DNA of 64,000 nt from Eledone cirrhosa (Eukaryota), in assembly GCA_964016885.1 (NCBI GenBank), contig OZ024766.1, forward strand, positions 13,206,001 through 13,270,000. The letters are read 5' to 3'. Shown here piece after piece: positions 54,101 to 64,000 of the stretch. Each line of letters begins with the position of its first letter. Position 1 is the first letter of the stretch. The notes beneath the pieces are model-generated. The model ran no database searches. It worked only from the letters and a program-made list of their open reading frames with translations, and was not told where the DNA came from. The position numbers were made by a program, and so were the translations under genes.

Positions 54101-57100
54101 TTACCAACAGTGGAGTTACTTCTGACAGCTAATACCATGAACTTAAATGAATTCTCACTAACAGTGGAGTTCCTTCTGACAGCTAATACCATGAACTTAA
54201 CTGAATTCTCACCAACATTGGAGTTAATTCTGACAGCTAGTACCATGACTCAAATGAATTCTCACCAACATTGGAGTTACTTCTGACAGCTAATACCATG
54301 AACTTAAATGAATTCTCACCAACAGTGGAGTTCCTTCTGACAGCTAGTACCATGAATTAAATGAATTCTCACCAACATTGGAGTTACTTCTGAGAGCTAG
54401 TACCATGACTTAAATGAATTCTCACCAACATTGGAGTTACTTCTGACAGCTAATACCATGACTTAAATGAATTCTCACCAACAGTGGAGTTACTTCTGAC
54501 AAACTAATACCATGAACTTAAATGAATTCTCACCAACAGTGGAGTTACTTCTGACAGCTAGTACCATGAACTTAAATGAATTCTCACCAACATTGGAGTT
54601 ACTTCTGACAACTAGTACCATGATTTAAATGAATTCTCACCAACAGTGGAGTTACTTCTGACAACTAACACCATGAACTTAACTGAATTCTCACCAACAG
54701 TGGAGTTACTTCTGACAGCTAGTACCATGAACTTAAATGAATTCTCACCAACAGTGGAGTTACTTCTGACAGCTAGTACCATGAACTTAAATGAATTCTT
54801 ACCAACAGTGGAGTTACTTCTGACAGCTAATACCATGAACTTAAATGAATTCTCACCAACAGTGGACTTCCTTCTGACAGCTAATACCATGAACTTAACT
54901 GAATTCTCACCAACATTGGAGTTAATTCTGACAGCTAGTACCTGACTCAAATGAATTCTCACCAACATTGGAGTTACTTCTGACAGCTAATACCATGACT
55001 TAAATGAATTCTCACCAACAGTGGAGTTACTTCTGACAGCTAATACCATGAACTTAAATGAATTCTCACCAACAGTGGAGTTACTTCTGACAGCTAGTAC
55101 CATGAACTTAAATGAATTCTCACCAACATTGGAGTTACTTCTGACAACTAATACCATGACTTAAATGAATTCTCACCAACAGTGGAGTTACTTCTGACAA
55201 ACTAATACCATGAACTTAAATGAATTCTCACCAACAGTGGAGTTACTTCTGACAGCTAATACCATGAACTTAAATGAATTCTCACCAACAGTGGAGTTAC
55301 TTCTGACAGCTAATACCATGAACTTAAATGAATTCTCACCAACAGTGGAGTTCCTTCTGACAGCTAATACCATGAACTTAAATGAATTCTCACCAACATT
55401 GGAGTTACTTCTGACAGCTAGTACCATGAACTTAAATGAATTCTCACCAACAGTGGAGTTACTTCTGACAGCTAATACCATGAACTTAAATGAATTCTCA
55501 CCAACATTGGGGTTACTTCTGACAGCTAGTACCATGAACTTAAATGAATTCTCACCAACAGTGGAGTTACTTCTGACAGCTAATACCATGAACTTAAATG
55601 AATTCTCACCAACAGTGGAGTTACTTCTGACAGCTAGTACCATGAACTTAAATGAATTCTCACCAACAGTGGAGTTACTTCTGACAGCTAATACCATGAA
55701 CTTAAATGAATTCTCACCAACATTGGAGTTACTTTTGACAGCTAATACCATGAACTTAAATGAATTCTCACCAACATTGGAGTTACTTCTGACAGCTAGT
55801 ACCATGAACTTAAATGAATTCTCACCAACAGTGGAGTTACTTCTGACAGCTAGTACCATGAACTTAAATGAATTCTCACCAACAGTGGAGTTACTTCTGA
55901 CAGCTAGTACCATGACTTAAATGAATTCTCACCAACAGTGGAGTTACTTCTGACAGCTAATACCATGAACTTAAATGAATTCTCACCAACATTGGAGTTA
56001 CTTCTGACAACTAATACCAAGACTTAAATGAATTCTCACCAACAGTGGAGTTCCTTCTGACAGCTAATACCATGAACTTAAATGAATTCTCACCAACATT
56101 GGAGTTACTTCTGACAGCTAATACCATGAACTTAAATGAATTCTCACCAACATTGGAGTTACTTCTGACAGCTAGTACCATGAACTTAAATGAATTCTCA
56201 CCAACAGTGGAGTTACTTCTGACAGCTAGTACCATGAACTTAAATGAATTCTCACCAACATTGGAGTTACTTCTGACAACTAACACCAAGACTTAAATGA
56301 ATTCTCACCAACAGTGGAGTTCCTTCTGACAGCTAATACCATGAACTTAAATGAATTCTCACCAACAGTGGAGTTACTTCTGACAGCTAATACCATGAAC
56401 TTAAATGAATTCTCACCAACAGTGGAGTTACTTCTGACAGCTAATACCATGAACTTAAATGAATTCTCACCAACATTGGAGTGACTTCTGACAGCTAATA
56501 CCATGAACTTAAATGAATTCTCACCAACATTGGGGTTACTTCTGACAGCTAGTACCATGAACTTAAATGAATTCTCACCAACAGTGGAGTGATTTCTGAC
56601 AGCTAATACCATGAACTTAAATGAATTCTCACCAACATTGGGGTTACTTCTGACAGCTAGTACCATGAACTTAAATGAATTCTCACCAACAGTGGAGTTA
56701 CTTCTGACAGCTAATACCATGAACTTAAATGAATTCTCACCAACATTGGAGTGACTTCTGACAGCTAATACCATGAACTTAAATGAATTCTCACCAACAT
56801 TGGGGTTACTTCTGACAGCTAGTACCATGAACTTAAATGAATTCTCACCAACAGTGGAGTTACTTCTGACAGCTAATACCATGAACTTAAATGAATTCTC
56901 ACCAACAGTGGAGTTACTTCTGACAGCTAGTACCATGAACTTAAATGAATTCTCACCAACAGTGGAGTTACTTCTGACAGCTAATACCATGAACTTAAAT
57001 GAATTCTCACCAACATTGGAGTTACTTCTGACAGCTAGTACCATGAACTTAAATGAATTCTCACCAACAGTGGAGTTACTTCTGACAGCTAGTACCATGA

Positions 57101-60100
57101 ACTTAAATGAATTCTCACCAACATTGGAGTTACTTCTGACAACTAATACCAAGACTTAAATGAATTCTCACCAACAGTGGAGTTCCTTCTGACAGCTAAT
57201 ACCATGAACTTAAATGAATTCTCACCAACATTGGAGTTACTTCTGACAGCTAGTACCATGAACTTAAATGAATTCTCACCAACAGTGGAGTTACTTCTGA
57301 CAGCTAATACCATGAACTTAAATGAATTCTCACCAACAGTGGCGTTCCTTCTGACAGCTAATACCATGAACTTAAATGAATTCTCACCAACAGTGGAGTT
57401 ACTTCTGACAGCTAGTACCATGACTTAAATGAATTCTCACCAACATTGGAGTTCCTTCTAACAGCTAATACCATGAACTTAAATGAATTCTCACCAACAG
57501 TGGAGTTACTTCTGACAGCTAATACCATGAACTTAAATGAATTCTCACCAACATTGGAGTTACTTCTGACAGCTAATACCATGACTTAAATGAATTCTCA
57601 CCAACAGTGGAGTTCCTTCTGACAGCTAGTACCATGACGTAAATGAATTCTCACCAACATTGGAGTTACTTCTGACAACTAATACCATGACTTAAATGAA
57701 TTCTCACCAACAGTGGAGTTACTTCTGACAGCTAATGCCATGAACTTAAATGAATTCTCACCAACATTGGAGTTACTTCTGACAGCTAGTACCATGACGT
57801 AAATGAATTCTCACCAACATTGGAGTTACTTCTGACAACTAATACCATGACTTAAATGAATTCTCACCAACAGTGGAGTTACTTCTGACGAACTAATACC
57901 ATGAACTTAAATGAATTCTTACCAACAGTGGAGTTACTTCTGACAGCTAGTACCATGAACTTAAATGAATTCTCACCAACAGTGGAGTTCCTTCTGACAG
58001 CTAATACCATGAACTTAAATGAATTCTCACGAACAGTGGAGTTACTTCTGACAGCTAGTACCATGACTTAAATGAATTCTCACCAACAATGGAGTTACTT
58101 CTGACAGCTAATACCATGACTTAAATGAATTCTCACCAACAGTGGAGTTACTTCTGACAGCTAATACCATGAACTTAAATGAATTCTCACCAACATTGGA
58201 GTGACTTCTGACAGCTAATACCATGAACTTAAATGAATTCTCACCAACATTGGGGTTACTTCTGACAGCTAGTACCATGAACTTAAATGAATTCTCACCA
58301 ACAGTGGAGTTACTTCTGACAGCTAATACCATGAACTTAAATGAATTCTCACCAACAGTGGAGTTACTTCTGACAGCTAGTACCATGAACTTAAATGAAT
58401 TCTCACCAACAGTGGAGTTACTTCTGACAGCTAATACCATGAACTTAAATGAATTCTCACCAACATTGGAGTTACTTCTGACAGCTAGTACCATGAACTT
58501 AAATGAATTCTCACCAACAGTGGAGTTACTTCTGACAGCTAGTACCATGAACTTAAATGAATTCTCACCAACATTGGAGTTACTTCTGACAACTAATACC
58601 AAGACTTAAATGAATTCTCACCAACAGTGGAGTTCCTTCTGACAGCTAATACCATGAACTTAAATGAATTCTCACCAACATTGGAGTTACTTCTGACAGC
58701 TAGTACCATGAACTTAAATGAATTCTCACCAACAGTGGAGTTACTTCTGACAGCTAATACCATGAACTTAAATGAATTCTCACCAACAGTGGCGTTCCTT
58801 CTGACAGCTAATACCATGAACTTAAATGAATTCTCACCAACAGTGGAGTTACTTCTGACAGCTAGTACCATGACTTAAATGAATTCTCACCAACATTGGA
58901 GTTCCTTCTGACAGCTAATACCATGAACTTAAATGAATTCTCACCAACAGTGGAGTTACTTCTGACAGCTAATACCATGAACTTAAATGAATTCTCACCA
59001 ACATTGGAGTTACTTCTGACAGCTAATACCATGACTTAAATGAATTCTCACCAACAGTGGAGTTCCTTCTGACAGCTAATACCATGAACTTAAATGAATT
59101 CTCACCAACATTGGAGTTACTTCTGACAGCTAGTACCATGAACTTAAATGAATTCTCACCAACAGTGGAGTTCCTTCTGACAGCTAATGCCATGAACTTA
59201 AATGAATTCTCACCAACATTGGAGTTACTTCTGACAGCTAGTACCATGACTTAAATGAATTCTCACCAACATTGGAGTTACTTCTGACAACTAATACCAT
59301 GACTTAAATGAATTCTCACCAACAGTGGAGTTACTTCTGACGAACTAATACCATGAACTTAAATGAATTCTTACCAACAGTGGAGTTACTTCTGACAGCT
59401 AGTACCATGAACTTAAATGAATTCTCACCAACAGTGGAGTTCCTTCTGACAGCTAATACCATGAACTTAAATGAATTCTCACCAACAGTGGAGTTACTTC
59501 TGACAGCTAGTACCATGACTTAAATGAATTCTCACCAACAATGGAGTTACTTCTGACAGCTAATACCATGACTTAAATGAATTCTCACCAACAGTGGAGT
59601 TACTTCTGACAGCTAATACCATGAACTTAAATGATTTCTCACCAACAGTGGAGTTACTTCTGACAGCTAGAACCATGAACTTAAATGAATTCTCACCAAC
59701 ATTGGAGTTACTTCTGACAACTAATACCATGACTTAAATGAATTCTCACCAACAGTGGAGTTACTTCTGACAGCTAATACCATGAACTTAAATGAATTCT
59801 CACCAACAGTGGAGTTACTTCTGACAACTAGTACCATGAACTTAAATGAATTCCCACCAACAGTGGAGTTACTTCTGACAGCTAATACCATGAACTTAAA
59901 TGAATTCTCACCAACAGTGGAGTTCCTTCTGACAGCTAATACCATGAACTTAAATGAATTCTCACCAACAGTGGAGTTACCTCTGACAGCTAATACCATG
60001 AACTTAAATGAATTCTCACCAACAGTGGCGTTCCTTCTGACAGCTAATACCATGAACTTAAATGAATTCTCACCAACAGTGGAGTTACTTCTGACAGCTA

Positions 60101-63100
60101 GTACCATGACTTAAATGAATTCTCACCAACATTGGAGTTCCTTCTGACAGCTAATACCATGAACTTAAATGAATTCTCACCAACAGTGGAGTTACTTCTG
60201 ACAGCTAATACCATGAACTTAAATGAATTCTCACCAACAGTGGAGTTACTTCTGACAGCTAATACCATGAACTTAAATGAATTCTCACCAACAGTGGAGT
60301 TACTTCTGACAGCTAATACCATGAACTTAAATGAATTCTCACCAACATTGGAGTGACTTCTGACAGCTAATACCATGAACTTAAATGAATTCTCACCAAC
60401 ATTGGGGTTACTTCTGACAGCTAGTACCATGAACTTAAATGAATTCTCACCAACAGTGGAGTTACTTCTGACAGCTAATACCATGAACTTAAATGAATTC
60501 TCACCAACATTGGAGTTACTTTTGACAGCTAATACCATGAACTTAAATGAATTCTCACCAACATTGGAGTTACTTCTGACAGCTAGTACCATGAACTTAA
60601 ATGAATTCTCACCAACAGTGGAGTTACTTCTGACAGCTAGTACCATGAACTTAAATGAATTCTCACCAACAGTGGAGTTACTTCTGACAGCTAGTACCAT
60701 GACTTAAATGAATTCTCACCAACAGTGGAGTTACTTCTGACAGCTAATACCATGAACTTAAATGAATTCTCACCAACATTGGAGTTACTTCTGACAACTA
60801 ATACCAAGACTTAAATGAATTCTCACCAACAGTGGAGTTCCTTCTGACAGCTAATACCATGAACTTAAATGAATTCTCACCAACATTGGAGTGACTTCTG
60901 ACAGCTAATACCATGAACTTAAATGAATTCTCACCAACATTGGGGTTACTTCTGACAGCTAGTACCATGAACTTAAATGAATTCTCACCAACAGTGGAGT
61001 GACTTCTGACAGCTAATACCATGAACTTAAATGAATTCTCACCAACATTGGGGTTACTTCTGACAGCTAGTACCATGAACTTAAATGAATTCTCACCAAC
61101 AGTGGAGTTACTTCTGACAGCTAATACCATGAACTTAAATGAATTCTCACCAACATTGGAGTGACTTCTGACAGCTAATACCATGAACTTAAATGAATTC
61201 TCACCAACATTGGGGTTACTTCTGACAGCTAGTACCATGAACTTAAATGAATTCTCACCAACAGTGGAGTTACTTCTGACAGCTAATACCATGAACTTAA
61301 ATGAATTCTCACCAACAGTGGAGTTACTTCTGACAGCTAGTACCATGAACTTAAATGAATTCTCACCAACAGTGGAGTTACTTCTGACAGCTAATACCAT
61401 GAACTTAAATGAATTCTCACCAACATTGGAGTTACTTCTGACAGCTAGTACCATGAACTTAAATGAATTCTCACCAACAGTGGAGTTACTTCTGACAGCT
61501 AATACCATGAACTTAAATGAATTCTCACCAACATTGGAGTGACTTCTGACAGCTAATACCATGAACTTAAATGAATTCTCACCAACATTGGGGTTACTTC
61601 TGACAGCTAGTACCATGAACTTAAATGAATTCTCACCAACAGTGGAGTTACTTCTGACAGCTAATACCATGAACTTAAATGAATTCTCACCAACAGTGGA
61701 GTTACTTCTGACAGCTAGTACCATGAACTTAAATGAATTCTCACCAACAGTGGAGTTACTTCTGACAGCTAATACCATGAACTTAAATGAATTCTCACCA
61801 ACATTGGAGTTACTTCTGACAGCTAGTACCATGAACTTAAATGAATTCTCACCAACAGTGGAGTTACTTCTAACAGCTAGTACCATGAACTTAAATGAAT
61901 TCTCACCAACATTGGAGTTACTTCTGACAACTAATACCAAGACTTAAATGAATTCTCACCAACAGTGGAGTTCCTTCTGACAGCTAATACCATGAACTTA
62001 AATGAATTCTCACCAACATTGGAGTTTCTTCTGACAGCTAGTACCATGAACTTAAATGAATTCTCACCAACAGTGGAGTTACTTCTGACAGCTAATACCA
62101 TGAACTTAAATGAATTCTCACCAACAGTGGCGTTCCTTCTGACAGCTAATACCATGAACTTAAATGAATTCTCACCAACAGTGGAGTTACTTCTGACAGC
62201 TAGTACCATGACTTAAATGAATTCTCACCAACATTGGAGTTCCTTCTGACAGCTAATACCATGAACTTAAATGAATTCTCACCAACAGTGGAGTTACTTC
62301 TGACAGCTAATACCATGAACTTAAATGAATTCTCACCAACATTGGAGTTACTTCTGACAGCTAGTACCATGAACTTAAATGAATTCTCACCAACAGTGGC
62401 GTTACTTCTGACAACTAATACCATGACTTAAATGAATTCTCACCAACAGTGGAGTTACTTCTGACAGCTAATACCATGAACTTAAATGAATTCTCACCAA
62501 CAGTGGAGTTACTTCTGACAACTAGTACCATGAACTTAAATGAATTCTCACCAACAGTGGAGTTACTTCTGACAGCTAATACCATGAACTTAAATGAATT
62601 CGCACCAACAGTGGAGTTCCTTCTGACAGCTAATACCATGAACTTAAATGAATTCTCACCAACAGTGGAGTTACTTCTGACAGCTAATACCATGAACTTA
62701 AATGAATTCTCACCAACAGTGGCGTTCCTTCTGACAGCTAATACCATGAACTTAAATGAATTCTCACCAACAGTGGAGTTACTTCTGACAGCTAGTACCA
62801 TGACTTAAATGAATTCTCACCAACATTGGAGTTCCTTCTGACAGCTAATACCATGAACTTAAATGAATTCTCACCAACAGTGGAGTTACTTCTGACAGCT
62901 AATACCATGAACTTAAATGAATTCTCACCAACAGTGGAGTTACTTCTGACAGCTAATACCATGAACTTAAATGAATTCTCACCAACAGTGGAGTTACTTC
63001 TGACAGCTAATACCATGAACTTAAATGAATTCTCACCAACATTGGAGTGACTTCTGACAGCTAATACCATGAACTTAAATGAATTCTCACCAACATTGGG

Positions 63101-64000
63101 GTTACTTCTGACAGCTAGTACCATGAACTTAAATGAATTCTCACCAACAGTGGAGTTACTTCTGACAGCTAATACCATGAACTTAAATGAATTCTCACCA
63201 ACATTGGAGTTACTTTTGACAGCTAATACCATGAACTTAAATGAATTCTCACCAACATTGGAGTTACTTCTGACAGCTAGTACCATGAACTTAAATGAAT
63301 TCTCACCAACAGTGGAGTTACTTCTGACAGCTAGTACCATGAACTTAAATGAATTCTCACCAACAGTGGAGTTACTTCTGACAGCTAGTACCATGACTTA
63401 AATGAATTCTCACCAACAGTGGAGTTACTTCTGACAGCTAATACCATGAACTTAAATGAATTCTCACCAACATTGGAGTTACTTCTGACAACTAATACCA
63501 AGACTTAAATGAATTCTCACCAACAGTGGAGTTCCTTCTGACAGCTAATACCATGAACTTAAATGAATTCTCACCAACATTGGAGTGACTTCTGACAGCT
63601 AATACCATGAACTTAAATGAATTCTCACCAACATTGGGGTTACTTCTGACAGCTAGTACCATGAACTTAAATGAATTCTCACCAACAGTGGAGTGACTTC
63701 TGACAGCTAATACCATGAACTTAAATGAATTCTCACCAACATTGGGGTTACTTCTGACAGCTAGTACCATGAACTTAAATGAATTCTCACCAACAGTGGA
63801 GTTACTTCTGACAGCTTATACCATGAACTTAAATGAATTCTCACCAACATTGGAGTGACTTCTGACAGCTAATACCATGAACTTAAATGAATTCTCACCA
63901 ACATTGGGGTTACTTCTGACAGCTAGTACCATGAACTTAAATGAATTCTCACCAACAGTGGAGTTACTTCTGACAGCTAATACCATGAACTTAAATGAAT
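45174..64000. repeat. 54-bp satellite (~350 monomers, continuing past the window end)
   Basis: Consensus ATGAACTTAAATGAATTCTCACCAACAGTGGAGTTACTTCTGACAGCTA(A/G)TACC, with 53- and 55-bp variants and an EcoRI site in nearly every unit. Confidence 0.98.

Noticed and set aside
45128-63770. Repetitive ORFs on both strands (MNLNEFSPT..., MVLAVRSNS...)
   Set aside because: The 54-bp monomer is divisible by 3, and frames are broken freely by 53- and 55-bp units.
45174-64000. CRISPR-like regular array
   Set aside because: No unique spacers, no cas genes, and a eukaryotic context.

Overview
Repeat-saturated, very AT-rich animal genomic DNA with no recognisable host gene. A cephalopod (octopus-like) origin is inferred from the kb-scale (TA)n/(TG)n tracts and the SINE/LINE types, and is not proven. 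Bases 1-45 kb are a nested patchwork of retroelements, most sitting in (TA)n tracts. These are: one apparently intact Penelope-like element (PLE; RT plus C-terminal GIY-YIG ORF, 13295-15718) between ~4.2-kb direct pseudo-LTRs; several truncated PLE endonuclease fragments; RTE and CR1/L2-like LINE fragments; and two tRNA-derived SINEs. Reading by eye on both strands gave 16 type-I hammerhead-ribozyme (HHR) motifs in about 7 sequence families. Many lie in fold-back palindromes or in short non-coding modules bounded by (TA)n. Bases ~45.2-64 kb are a 54-bp satellite with higher-order periodicity. Almost all long ORFs in the track (YIYI..., MNLNEF...) are repeat artefacts. Coordinates and RNA folds were read by hand and may be off by a few bases.
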